Counted from the first letter of the stretch, positions 20,802 through 33,185 are shown. The stretch: 37,860 bases of DNA from Coniocarpon cinnabarinum (GCA_051942205.1 JAVECO010000207.1:1-37860); one strand, 5' to 3'. A program made the numbers and translations. Notes: generated by a model from the sequence alone, not told the origin.

Positions 20802-22018
20802 ATGACTTCCAGGAATCGACCGCGCTCGGGCGTTGTCAAAGAAGACATGGGCGACGAGCTCAATCTCTGGAGCACCATCGTTGAAAATATCAAACGGTGC
20901 GAGCAGCTCCATAGAAAGTACGACAATGCTACTGCAGGCATGCCGGCCATAGAGATGCAGATGCAGATTGATGGCGCACGTAAGTGCTGGCATTACCCTA
21001 CGGTCTCGTCTCCTTTCCCTCGAGACCGTCACATCCGAGACACCCATATAACAGGCTTCTCCTGAGCCCGATACTAATTACTCACAGCGGCAAAAGAGTC
21101 AATTTCCCGGTTGGAGGACTTGGAGAAAATACAGCGTGAAGGTGTCAAGCTTGCAGAAGAGGAATTGAAGATTCTCAACGAGGAGCCAGAAAGCCTCTTG
21201 CAAAATATTGAGACACTGATATCAGTACTATCGGCGTTCGAGGCCGAGCCGCCGCCTCCCAAAATAAATACGAATCCGAAGCAAAGGCCGAAGCGCAAAT
21301 TAGAGACTGATGGCGCGAACGATTCACCAATTCAGACTCCCGAGACCACAACACCTGCTTCAAATTCTGCGTCGCGTCAGATAGGTAAGAACGTGAGTAG
21401 AAGTGGTAGCGTTGCGGCAACCAGTGCCAAGTCTGAGACCAGTGCGGCAGAAGTGGAGCAATCGATCAAACGTAAGTTTGAATAAGAACCAAGTTTGCAG
21501 GCGAGCTTGCTAATCCCAAAAGCGGTAGTATCGGCGTCGTCGGAGAAGGCGCAGGCCAAATTTGCCGTTGGCACGGAAGTGTTCTACCGAAAACGGAGCA
21601 TATCTGACGGTGCAGGCATTTTGTGTACGGTCACGAAAATCAAGGGCGAAGGCAAGCAAAGACGGTCCGTTCATATCTACCGTATGTTGAGGCGCTTAAG
21701 TCATACACGCTAATTATTGCGTTCAGATATGAAATCCTCGACACAGAGCCAGAGCCCGACACAGTCCCGGAAACAGTGTCGCCCTCGTCCCTGGTCGCGA
21801 TTCCACCTTCAGGCACTGGCGTGCACGAGATTGTCAAAGGTCAGCAAGTGTTTGCACTCTACCCAGAAACATCAACATTCTATCGAGCCGACGTAGTGAG
21901 CATCAAGGGCGTGAAAAAGGATCATTGCCGGCTGCGATTCGAGGGAGAAGAGGAGAAAGGCAAGGAGCAGGAGGTTGAGCGTCGATACGTGCTTGACGTC
22001 AAGCGTTGTGAGAAGTGA
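20802..22018 (+). CDS. SGF29: SAGA-associated factor 29 (N-terminal coiled coil, C-terminal tandem Tudor; 4 exons)
   Basis: MTSRNRPR start; introns 20980-21087, 21472-21522 and 21665-21726. Tudor motifs GTEVFYR...GILCTV...RYEILDTEPE...VFALYPETSTFYRADV...LRFEGEEE...EVERRYVL. Confidence 0.9.
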
Positions 22019-22549
22019 TTGGGTGGTGCTATCTAGAGCAATTTTGAGACTGCTTGTACAGCTAGAAAGCGCCTTGATGCTTGCAAAATCTTTGAGAACC
22101 GGTCAGTACGCTCCATTCTTGCCTACAGGTAGTACAGTACCTTGGACGTGAGCACGGACTGGTTATGCCAGGGGCGGCAGGCTCACGTGATTGCGGAAGA
22201 GTAGCATGTAATAAAGATCCGCCAGGGTACACGGATCGGCATGCGCTCCATCTACAGCGGTGACATTGCTTCGTATGGTCTCTATCCGCCCGCCTTGCTT
22301 TGCTTCTGCTGCACAGATCCCCAGCCCAGGGTCTAATCCTATCCTGCACATTCTGACGCTGTTAGATCGAATCGCCCGTCCAGCGTGTAGGCACCACGAT
22401 CTTTGCGCCGTTCTTTCGCTCTGAGAGGGTTCGCCAACCCATCTCTGCACAACTACCGACCAGATCCTGCAATCTCCTTTTCGGATCTCTGGGTTTGCCC
22501 AATATCTTAATAAGTCTATCGGGCGCGTGACGCCCACTCATCAACGACC

Positions 22550-23252
22550 ATGGGTGGCAATGTGTCCAAGATCATGGGCAAAATCTTTGGCCAAAAAGAG
22601 ATGCGGTTACTAATGCTTGGCCTTGACGCTGCCGGGAAGACGAGTATGTTCATTGCTTGCAATTGCCTGCCGACCTTTCCCAGTCTCAGATGCGCTGTCT
22701 GGCATGCATTACGCTTACACAAGCTCTTTACAGCTATCCTCTACAAGCTGAAGCTCAACCAAGATGTGACGACAATACCTACCGTGGGATTCAACGTTGA
22801 AACTGTCACTTACAAAAACACCAAATTCAATGTCTGGGATGTCGGGGGCCAAGACAAGATACGCCCGTTATGGAGGCACTACTTCTCGGGTACGCAGGGC
22901 CTTATCTTCGTCATTGATAGCAGCGATGTTGAACGCATGGACGAGGCACGCCAAGAGCTGGCACGGATCATCCAAGACCGCGAAATGAAAGATGCACTGC
23001 TGCTGGTATTTGCCAACAAGCAAGATATCAAGGGTGTCATGAAGCCAATGGATGTGAGCAACGCCTTGCGGCTCGAAGAAGTTGCGAAAAACCATACTTG
23101 GAAGGTCGAGCCTAGCTGTGCAACAACCGGAGAAGGTATTTTTGAGGGTCTAGTAAGTGCAGGACATCCCCAATGGGCATCTGCAATCCGCTGACTAAGT
23201 TTGTAAGGCCTGGCTGTCGAGCCATGTCAAAGCGCCGATGCCGAAGGGGTAA
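22550..23252 (+). CDS. ARF6: ADP-ribosylation factor 6 (ArfB-type small GTPase; 3 exons)
   Basis: [91 protein letters not shown]. Introns at 22644-22733 and 23153-23207. KLKL..TTIPT, KFNVWD and GTQG residues are Arf6-class. Confidence 0.93.
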
Positions 23253-23769
23253 ATCGTTGCGAGTTATCAAGACAATATACGTCTTCTGCCTAAGCTGCAG
23301 CTCCCAAGCGCTCCATCCAACAGCGTCATATAGCACGTTTCGCATGGTAGTGCATCTATCTGGCTTCTTGTCGCCCATTGTCCCTTCGACGCTGGTTTAT
23401 GGGCATTTTGGAAAGCCGTCGACGTAGGAAACACTGCGTGAGGTGATGAGATTTTTGTATGATAGATAGCTCGGCTTCATATGAGTGGAGTAGGAACATC
23501 CACGGCCAATCGAACGTTGAGCACTCTTGTCGTGTTCGTAGATGAAGGGCGAGAGAGCCGCAGCAGCTCCGACCTAAGAATCTCCCCAAACAAAGTCAAT
23601 GTCTTTTTCAACGGCCCCGCTCGTTCCAAACAATCTAGCTGCGAGCTCGCGCCGCCGTCGCGGTCTTCTTGTCATGCATTGCTGCCGACAGAGGGAAGTG
23701 CCTCCTGCTCTTCCCTTTTGCCTATGAACTTGGCACCAGAGAAAATCGTGACCTCATTCTAAGGAGAGA

Positions 23770-24807
23770 ATGGCTTCTAAGACTACCAATCGACGCTCGG
23801 CGCGCGGAGAATATATCGAAACCGTGAGTCTCGTGCTGAGTTCCATGAGGGTTTTGCAGAAGACTTGTAGCGAAGTGCCTCGAGAATATCTTTGAGCAAG
23901 CACATGAAAGCAGCATGATGTCCAGTGTAGCGGCCTGCGCCGAGGCACGCTGACCGTCCAATCCCAACGCATTGCCGCTGCTTACGAAATTCGATGATTA
24001 GGATACTGGTAACAAGATTTCGCGGCGCTCACGTATAGAAGGCACCCCAAATGTTCGCGAGCACCTGACATGTCGGTTGTCCAAGTGCGCTGAATGTGCC
24101 ACAGATCATCCTCGGTGGACGAGTCGTCGTGCAAGCCGAGGTCTGTTTGAGAGGCGATTTGTGTAGGCAACTGCAATCAACTCGGTTCGTTCTTAAGGAG
24201 GCTTCAAAAAGCATCAACCACTCGACCACTGCTTACGCAGAATCGAAGCTGACTGCACGTGAACAGCGATGCTAGTGGGGAGCAAAAAGAGCGCAACTCG
24301 CGCACCTCCATCGCCGTTGGCCGATATACCTTGATCTCCACTGGCGCAACCTTACACCCTCCACACCGTTTCATACGAGATGCAAACACTGGACTTGTGG
24401 AGCCTACATACTATCCACAGAAGATTGGTGAGAACGTGTTCATCGGCAGAGAAGTGTTCATTGGCGCCGCTACTGTAGGCAGCAACGTTTACATCGGCGC
24501 TAGTGCGGTGCTCGAAAACGGAGTGATTGTAAGAGATGATGTGAAGATTCTAGAGGGGGCCGTCTTGCCGAATGGAATGGTTTGTCCCGTAGGCAGTGTT
24601 GTCGGTAAGCTTTGGAGAGTCGCGATGTGAAGACATCATTCCACATGCTCATCCCAGACAGGAGGGAAGCCGGCAACAGTCATTGGAGAGGTGGCTGATG
24701 GGTGGGGCGTTGGTGCTGGAGGTCCAGGAGCTGATGGTGACGATGATATTGACCTCTACACCGAGGGTGGGGAGCTGCGAGAATTGATAAGAAGCATCAA
24801 AGGATGA
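23770..24807 (+). CDS. DCTN5: Dynactin subunit 5 (p25), left-handed beta-helix protein (4 exons)
   Basis: MASKTTNRRSARGEYIET|DTGNKISRRSRIEGTPN|IILGGRVVVQAEVCLRGDL...hexapeptide repeats IGENVFIG/VGSNVYIG/IVRDDVKILEGAVLP...VV|GGKPATVIGEV. Introns at 23824-24001, 24053-24104 and 24605-24661. Confidence 0.9.
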
Positions 24808-27199
24808 AGCAGGACTGAACTGAAAGCAACTGCTCCGCAAGGTGTTCTCCTTCCAGCCACTCGCGTGGCGCATTCTTTTGGTCCAGTCAACTCGCGGCAT
24901 GAGTCTTATACTAATTTCAGCGAGACAGGCGTCGAGCCGGTGTCGAGTCAGCACATCCTTTCGGTCGACTCATGACAGCTCACTCGAGGCCGAATAAGCT
25001 GACAACGATTAATCGAAGTGCACATGTGATTGTAGTCGTCTCGGAAGTGGAGATCTCCGTAGCTCAGTCATTGCAACAGAGCTGAACATCCAGAAGGGAC
25101 ATGGCCTACCTGTCTAAGACATCTTATGGCTTTCGACCTGACGCGTACCTTTCTTTTCAAGACCTCTCCTTCTCAATAGTCTATTTTCTTTAAAGGGTCA
25201 TCTTCAGGTGTAGCACTTTTGCATGTATTTCGTGTTGACACGAACTAGCAGAATTACATGAGAGCATATTTGGGTCCAACGAAAGCTGTATCTAGCTAGC
25301 CCATATGTGAATGGAACTACAGAAAAGGACTTTATGCACGAAGACCACAATGCAATGTCAAGGCCTCGGAGCTTGCATTGGCGACACCGAGGACCCGACG
25401 ATGCAGATACTGTCGAAATCACCGTTAATCACAATTCACCCCGCATTTACTACTCAATAGACTTGGGTAGCGTTAAATGCAATTAATGGCCATCCAAAAA
25501 ACATGGAGTAGACTAATTCTCTTTCGCCAAACGATATCTATACAAGAACAGGCTGTACATTTAACAGCTTCAGCAACACGCCAAGTACATCCAATGCATG
25601 CCTCAAGCTGACAGGAGGACCAGATTAGTCAGCCTAGATTAAGAGAAATTTGTTCCACTGACGATGTTGAAATTTTAATGACTTGGTATGCTAAGCGTCG
25701 TGATTGATTGAGCTGAGTGGGAAGCAGCCATAGCATTGCACTGAAAGCCTCTAATCGGTGACATATATAGTGTTGTATCAGCGTTTGGTCAATAATACTT
25801 CTGACCTAGTCCAGCTGTAGCAGAGAAGATATTTCCGGCCATAAATGCTTCGCACAATCCATAGAGGAAAGTGATACCCAGCTTGACACAAATAGGAGTG
25901 CGCGTCACTTCCACAAAAACAAGGTTTAGCAGTCCAATTCCAGGACACCCGCTTCGATCAGAGAAACAGTGCATGGAAAACGTATTGCTTTTGACGTCAT
26001 TGCAACGCTTGATGACATAGACATTGGGCAAGCCACGGCTCATTCGTGGAAGCACTCAGAATGCTCAAAAAGCACGTTTTGCTATGTCCTTCATCCTAAG
26101 ATTGCCGTCCAGCAGATCACAAAGCTAGAGGTAGCCACAGGCCACTCTCCTACGGGTTGGATACCGATGAAAGGCGGCAGATGCGGACACGAGGACCTTG
26201 CACATTATAGAAAGGTCCAAGTGCAGCGCGTTTTTCGTGGTGTGTGTCTGCGGAAAAATATCAATGACATATGAGCTTTGTCGGTCCACAGCGTAATCTC
26301 ACTGAGTCACACGGGTGCAACTCGAGTGCATCCAATCAAGGGCGCGAACCGAAATGTGGGATCGCAAGACGCAAGTAATGCACCGAAAGAAGCCTCATGC
26401 ATCGTCATCTTTAATAGCGACCATTGATGACTCTTGGCTTTAGGTACATGGACTGTTGTCTTGGATATTCTGCTAGCGGATATACATATCTTACTAAAGC
26501 TTCTGGGTGTTGACTGCAGACGTGCGTTTGGAGAGAGGGCTGGGCTCTCCATTACACTACCCTCGAATGCATGATCGCATGGCGGCTCGGCCTGATTGGA
26601 CTCGCTGTTGCACGGGTTTCGAGATGTACATTGATGAGTATCAGGACAAAGAAACCCAAGAGTCAGAGGAATCCTCCTCCTCGGCGACTTCTTTTCTGGG
26701 AAATCCTCACGCCTGCTTTTTCCGGTCCACCAAAACCCTCGGATCAGCGGCGGTGTAGATACCGCCCTTCGGGGCGGCTACGGACCAAAGGTGCTACTAA
26801 GTTACCAACCCTCTCTAGGTACTGCCTCTGCACGCCGCCATGATCCTTACACAGTCCACAACAACCTTACGCATTTTCTAGGCGCCTCAAGTGGACTGTG
26901 TCTGCCTTCCAGGACATCTCCGCAGAAACGATCGGTCGACGTTATGAAGCGGTCGCAGTAAGGCTCTACGACCCTCCGCCACCGCGAACAACTATGGGAT
27001 TGCTTCAGATGTCTCAGAACGTGTGATATCAATCCGAAACGAAGGCCAGATCTTTAGCAGGCCTCAGCATTCCGAGCAACTAATCTTATTCTTTGGGGCG
27101 CATCGATTATTGAGGGTGCGGCCTGCACAGAAGCAGAGATTACTTCGTCTCGAAAGCTTGGCCGCTTTCACGCCCGGTCACTCGTTACTCTGCAGCACC

Positions 27200-28156
27200 A
27201 TGCCAATGGCTAGACAAGCACCTGGACCCACCGCGCAAAGCCCAAGCTCGCTACCTCAGCCGTCACCGGCCAGTGGCTTGAGCAATGGCCTGCTACCGCA
27301 CGCTGGGCAGCAGACCGACATCAATTATCTGTGGGGCATTGTACAAGACTTAAGTGACGTGCTCGCGCAAAATAGGGTCCAGACGGCTGGGCTGGTGGAG
27401 CAAGTCAGACAGATGCGCGAAGCTGAGCACCAACGACAACAGTCACAGGACAGGGGGTCTGGACCTGAAAATGGCGACGCGACACACCCTTCTCAGCCAC
27501 AAAGCATCGCAGAAGTAGGACAAGTCAATGGGGAAGATTTTCATGGAGCACAGCCACGGACTACGTCTGAGGCAACCGTGGAGATCTCTTCTCTACGATC
27601 TCAGCTGCACGCTGCACAAACGCAAGTTTTGGTTCTCACCGAAGAGCTTCATTCACAGGCTGCGCTCAACGATGAATATGTGGTCTTTCTTCACGGCATC
27701 ATGCAGAAATTAAGGGGCTACGCGGTCAGCCACTCCTCGACCCTTCTAGCTGTCCATGCTCACTACAACAGAGCTTTGGAAGAAGAACGAAATGCAAATC
27801 TGCAGCTTCGCATCGAGCATGGTGATTGGCAGCAATCGCTTGGACGCATGACAGATTGGGCGCGGAAGGCTCTGAAAGAGCGGGCTGATGAGACTGACGG
27901 AAGTGAACGACGGATACGAGAAGTCAATGCTGAAAACAGAATTTTGAGGAAATTAGTCGGCTGGCAAGTGTCGCCCGAGGACAACGACAGTGAGGATGAC
28001 GAGCGTGAGGGAATGACAGCTGGCAGTGACGTGAGCAGCAGTGCTGACGGTGCAAGGGGTCGCAATGTTCCAAAAGGAATGACTCAGGGTCAGACCATAG
28101 CCGCCTCGACGCAGGGACTTGCCGCTGCAGAATGCGACCGTCAAGATACAGGTTGA
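27200..28156 (+). CDS. Conserved fungal coiled-coil protein (possibly a STRIPAK SIKE/SCI1-like subunit)
   Basis: 318-aa ORF from ATG 27200 with heptad-rich segments TDINYLWGIVQDLSDVLAQNR, HAHYNRALEEERNANLQLRIEH and VNAENRILRKLVGW. The functional call is inference. Confidence 0.7.
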   Translation: MPMARQAPGPTAQSPSSLPQPSPASGLSNGLLPHAGQQTDINYLWGIVQDLSDVLAQNRVQTAGLVEQVRQMREAEHQRQQSQDRGSGPENGDATHPSQPQSIAEVGQVNGEDFHGAQPRTTSEATVEISSLRSQLHAAQTQVLVLTEELHSQAALNDEYVVFLHGIMQKLRGYAVSHSSTLLAVHAHYNRALEEERNANLQLRIEHGDWQQSLGRMTDWARKALKERADETDGSERRIREVNAENRILRKLVGWQVSPEDNDSEDDEREGMTAGSDVSSSADGARGRNVPKGMTQGQTIAASTQGLAAAECDRQDTG

Positions 28157-29814
28157 AGATTCCGAATTATCGCATTGTCTCTTAATTCTCCAAAAGCCCG
28201 CCAATGAGCCCGGCATGGCTAACCAATGTCTTCCGCTACCAGTGGTTCGGATTACACTGTCTGGGAAACATCAGGCTCAACTCCACAATAAAACTCGAGT
28301 CAGACATCATGTCACGTCTCATGAAGCCCTGCGAACGGGTCACCCAGCCGTTCAGCCAATTCACGTTGCACGGAGGCCGGGTGGCCTGTATCGGCCACCA
28401 CGGGGTCGACCCAAGGAGATCCCGCCGTCCCTGGTACCAAAGTTGCAGGCTCGTCTCAACACTCGTGATCATTGCACCTATGCTCTGGACGACATCTCAT
28501 GTCAGGCTTTCTTCACGAGAATCAGAATCTTCCAACCTCCTGTTGCGCGACTGTTAATCCTCCAAGAATGATATCTGGCTTTCTCCAGAGCTTCTGTAGG
28601 ACGTCTTGACAAGAAAGAATTTCGTTTCCGAGTCCTTGCAGCACTCAAGGCTGTCAGAGCGACCTGACCTTGGCTGTTCACACTCACCAAACGTTTCATT
28701 GCTTCAATGACTTGTACTCTCGCACGCTTCTATTGGAGCCAAGAAATTTGATTGTGGTCTGTCAAAGGATTCTTATCTGTGGTACATGAGCGAACGAAGC
28801 AAGACACGTGCACACAAATCCGCAAAACAAAATTGTTGTCGCATTCCTGGATGGCCGTACTCGAAGACTTTGTATGTCGACAAACGTTTCACAAGCCAGA
28901 CGCCTGTTGTGCATTCATGAGACAGACGCGGCCCTGCCATCTGCGGGTCATGCGTGTGCGTGAACTCGTTCTCCTGTCAACGCCGTGCCAATGGCAGCTC
29001 TCTTCATATCAATGACGCGCTGCTGTATAGATTGACAGTGCATCGGCTTAGGCGCGGTCTAAGCTAGCTGATGTCGAATTGTGAGTCTCGAGCGGCCGAG
29101 AGACGTCGTCTGGATTGTGACTGAACTGGACGCGGCGAAATGTTGGCGGCTCCAAGACAGCCGCGTCTTGGCGCCACGCTGCAGCTGTTCTGCGCTTGAC
29201 GAACTCGCAGTGTCGACTGCGGCATATCACAGGCCCGACTTTCTCGTAACATCTCTCTGTATGTTGTCATCAAATGTCACTGGCCGCTTTGCGTTGACGT
29301 ACATAAGCCTTTGCGCGGCCCAGTACGAGTACGGGAGTGCTGAGGGACACGTCCGGTGCTTAGCAAGACCGAGACGAGGCCAGCGATCTTGCCCTAGACT
29401 CGATCGGTTGAACCGCTCCATCACCGATCTCGTTGCTCGTGTGGCCTCTCCATGACGCCCGCACGCCAGCTGCACACTATCGATAATCTATGCTCACGCA
29501 GGTAACGAGACTCTGAATCTGGGTGTCTGCACTCCCGTCACGTCCTGCTCTACGCACACGATCCCGACCACCTTCTGCAATCCCACCAATGTCTCGAATT
29601 GTATGTTGCCCCATGCTCTGCCGCTGGGCCGCCCGTCTTCTTCTCCCTCTTCGTTACCTGCTGTAACTTCGTTGGTGCCTGCCCCGTTTCCAAACAACAG
29701 GACACCTGGTCAAGAAACCTGCTCATTAACGTCAAGCTTTCAGTCCTCCAAGATGGCAGTTTCCTTGGTCCATCTTCCGTTTGAGCTATCTAATGCCAAG
29801 AACATACGCCACCA

Positions 29815-31716
29815 ATGGCCTGGGATTTACTCTTTGCGCGACGCCACACGTCCAAGAAGGCAAAGTGAGCGAACTCTGTCATTCTCAAAGACGCAGGTGA
29901 AATGCTGAGCTGATCAATGATAGACGCTGGGGGCTTTCTCTGGAGTCTAACCCTCAGCATCTGGCACCAGAGCAGTATGCACCGCTGAAACATTCCTACG
30001 ATGAATTGGCCGAAGAATGCCTGAACAAGCTCGATGCTATTTCCCCACCACAACCGTTCTCAGCTCATCAGCAGCGAGACCGACAGGAACCTCGCGACGA
30101 GAAGCAGGGCCAGCCTCAGAGTCCGCCGTGTCCCTTTTCGAGGGACCTCTATGCTCTACTTCGCGATCACAGGCAATCAGATACCAAGTTACAGCAGCTA
30201 TGGACTGAACTCAACACCGTCCCGAGCTGGGTGGACTGGAACCAGATTCAGCGGGGTCAGGATGTTTTCTACCGGTATGGGGGACCGATTCTGATTGGTC
30301 TCGCGTACCAGTCTTTGCTGGGAGGAATGGGCGCCAATAGAGGTAACGCAAGCTTCAGCTTTCAGTGCCCTATGGATCTAATCCCTTGCAGTTGTGGAGG
30401 TCCTAGCCAGGACTGGAGGCTTCTCAACCGCGGTCGCTCGACGAAGGCTATTTGAAACAACGTACGTACGTGTCCCACTACACAACCCATCGACTTCGAG
30501 TCAGTTGATCATTTGACCGAATTGATCAGGCAGCACATATTGCAATGCACCCGCTCATTGGAATCTATGCAGCCTGGTGGTGAAGGGTTTGTATCTTCCG
30601 TCCGGGTACGCTTCCTACATGCGGCAGTACGTAAGAGGATCATGAAGCTGGCCCACGATAAACCTGGGTATTTCAGCGTACAAGCTTGGGGCACTCCTAT
30701 AAACGACCTCGATTGCATTGGGACGATATCAACGTTTTCCTCATCGCTCATTTGGATCAGCTTGCCAAGACAGGGCATCTGGATGAAGCAACAGGAGATC
30801 GCAGATTTCTTAGCCTTGTGGAGATACGTGGCACATGTAATGGGAACACCCACTGGGGTTTTCGCCACACCACAGAAAGCGCGAGCTGTGCTTGAAAGTT
30901 TACTCTATTGTGGGTTGACGACAGGGCCTCGCTTTCTCTTCTTATTGAATCCTAAGCTGACAAGATCATTAAGATGAGGTCAATCCTTCGGAGACGTCGA
31001 AACTAATGTGTGTTTCTATCGTCTCTGCTACCTTCGCAAACCATTTGCTAACACAGCAAAGGGCCAACAACATCATAAAGAGTCTCGAGGAGCAGCCGCC
31101 CTCTTTCGCAAGCCGAGCACTCTTGGTTGCATCAGCTCGCTGGCTGAACGGCAAAGAGCTTGGGGACGCACTTGGCCTCGAGCGACCCCACTTCTGGTTC
31201 AAAGCCTTGGTTTTGGGTCAATGTATTTTTTTCATGGCGATTACATATTACGGCAGGCTTTTCCCGAAGTCAGATCAAAGAAGAATTACACTTTTGAAGA
31301 AGATGCTTTATGCTATTATGTAAGTGCATCTGCTGACAACGTGGTGTGTTGTGATGTTAAGACCTGCTGACTGCAACGCGTCAGTGTTGAGAGCCGATAT
31401 GGCCTCCAGGGTAAGCACACACCGACAGTAGCTTTAAACGGTAGAACCTGTCTTTGCTAATCCAAGATTCGTAGGAGAGGTGTCGCAATTCCAGTTCAAG
31501 TACATTCCTGAGTATACCACAGTCACCGAACTAAATGAGTCTGTGCATGAGACACGCATGCAAATGAGGGGTGCCGAGATGAGGAATCTGAAATGGCTAG
31601 TCATCGGTTCGTTGGCTACAGTGTGCTTTCTTTGCATGCTTTACTGGTTGACAGTAATGCTGTGGAGTCCAATGGAGGCAGTAGCTGGGAGGTTTTGGGA
31701 CATGCTTTGTAAATAA
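29815..31716 (+). CDS. DUF2236 / Lcp-MpaB-like heme oxygenase-family protein with C-terminal membrane anchor (about 8 exons)
   Basis: Spliced model MAWDLLFARRHTSKKAK|RWG...HSYDELAEECL...VPSWVDWNQIQRGQDVFYRYG...SLLGGMG|VVEVLARTGGFS...RRLFET|QHILQCT...SSVRVRFLHAAVR...WGTPINDLD...LWRYVAHVMG, with a hydrophobic C-terminus. Seven GT-AG introns read by eye. Confidence 0.85.
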
Positions 31717-31905
31717 CAGATTTGGCGGTGACCGCAGAGCAGCCATTGGCTCAACTTGCTTGCAATCCGAAAACGTCATTCAGCCTATTTGCGTTAGCTC
31801 CTTGATGCCATCTTAGGTTCGCGTAGCAAAGTGGCTCAACCAAAGCTCAGTCCCCTCGACGCACCAGACAACAGCAGCGCCGTGTTCTCTCGACAATACT
31901 CAATC

Positions 31906-33185
31906 ATGGTAGGATTCTGGTAGTCTCCAGACAGATAGGGAAAGGCATCCAATGACGATTTCCAGAATACTGCCCAAATGAGTACATTTTCCGAAGGGAT
32001 CAATAAACAGCAGCTTTACGAAATGGTGTATCAGCAATGCGAGACACTTTTTGAAGATCAGAAAAATTGGGTAGGAGCGATCGCTTTGCGCTGTTCTTCT
32101 TCTACAGCTTCCTCTGAAGAGTCTGTATCTATGCAACTGACGATGGCCAGATATCGTATGCTGCAAGCCTCTCAGCAAGGCTAGGCACTGGACCCCATGG
32201 TGCTAATGGCGTACAGCAATACAGCCAATTGTGCGAGCCTTCTATGGCACGCTTTTAAGGCGCTGCCAGAGGATAATCCAGCGCATCATGTCAACTGGCG
32301 CGTAGTTTCAAGACCTGGCCTCCAGTCTCCAGCTAGGCTAACAAACTACGTAGGTGTGGATTCTATTTTTACCCAGACCTCCTTTCCGCGTCCTCCTCCA
32401 CGATTGATGGACCTAAGAACCTCATGCTTGGTCCATTCCAAGGAAAGGTTGCATGGTAAGTTCTTCAAACCCACCGCGGCCGCGTCAAAGGCTGTTGTTG
32501 AATGCGCAACCGTGATATCGTCTTGTTAGGCGGCTGTGATGACCCTCTGCAATCTTTAGCCAAAATATTCCCACTGGTATGGGTGTCGTCGGAACAGCGG
32601 GTGAGTGTCCGCCACTGAAATCCGATGACATACAATCAGTGTGCTGACAGACTCCTACCATTCAAGTATCCCGAGGGGAACCAATCGTTGTACCCAACAT
32701 CACACAATTCGCAGGGCACATTGCTTGTGATGTACGTTTCCATTTTCCGCAAACAGATTCTGAGAAAGGAATGTGCTGACGTACCGACTTTAAAGCCCGT
32801 GAGCAAGAGTGAAATTGTGATACCGATAATAAAGTACATGACCATGATATTGCCTGCATCTTTCGGATACATATTCACTGACTTACCGATTAGGATGGAA
32901 AACGTACGTCAGAAAAGTTTTTCATGTTTGGGATTCCATGTTTGGGACTATCGCCCTAGTCACGCATTGAAAGGATTTGCGCGGAACGGGTACTTACAGC
33001 ATGCTTTCAGATCGTCGCCGTGATAGACATTGATTGTGCGGTGTTCAACGCATTTGATCAATTCGATCAGGACAAATTAGAAGAGCTAGCAGACTTGGTA
33101 CGATTACCTGATGGCTTGCATAAATTGCTCACTTCATGCTGACTCTTCGTCCAAGCTTGCTGACAGCTGCGAGTGGCCATTTTGA
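31906..33185 (+). CDS. GAF-domain free methionine-R-sulfoxide reductase (fRMsr/MsrC-like), 11 exons
   Basis: Spliced model M|NTAQMSTFSEGINKQQLYEMVYQQCETLFEDQKNW|IS|NTANCASLLWHAFKALP...VNW|CGFYF...LMLGPFQGKVAC|QNIPTGMGVVGTA|VSRGEPIVVPNITQFAGHIACD|PVSKSEIVIPIIK|MEN|IVAVIDIDCAVFNAFDQFDQDKLEELADL|LADSCEWPF. LGPFQG, HIACD, SEIV and IDIDC are family signatures. Confidence 0.88.

Noticed and set aside
25200..27000. Short ORFs and a stop-interrupted minus-strand frame between dynactin p25 and the coiled-coil gene
   Set aside because: Could be a decayed gene, but no family motif was recognisable, so it is not supportable without a search.
27023..27199. N-terminal extensions from non-ATG starts in the ORF track (also 11606, 14733, 34387)
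   Set aside because: The track allows bacterial-style GTG/TTG starts; in this eukaryote the first suitable ATG was used instead.
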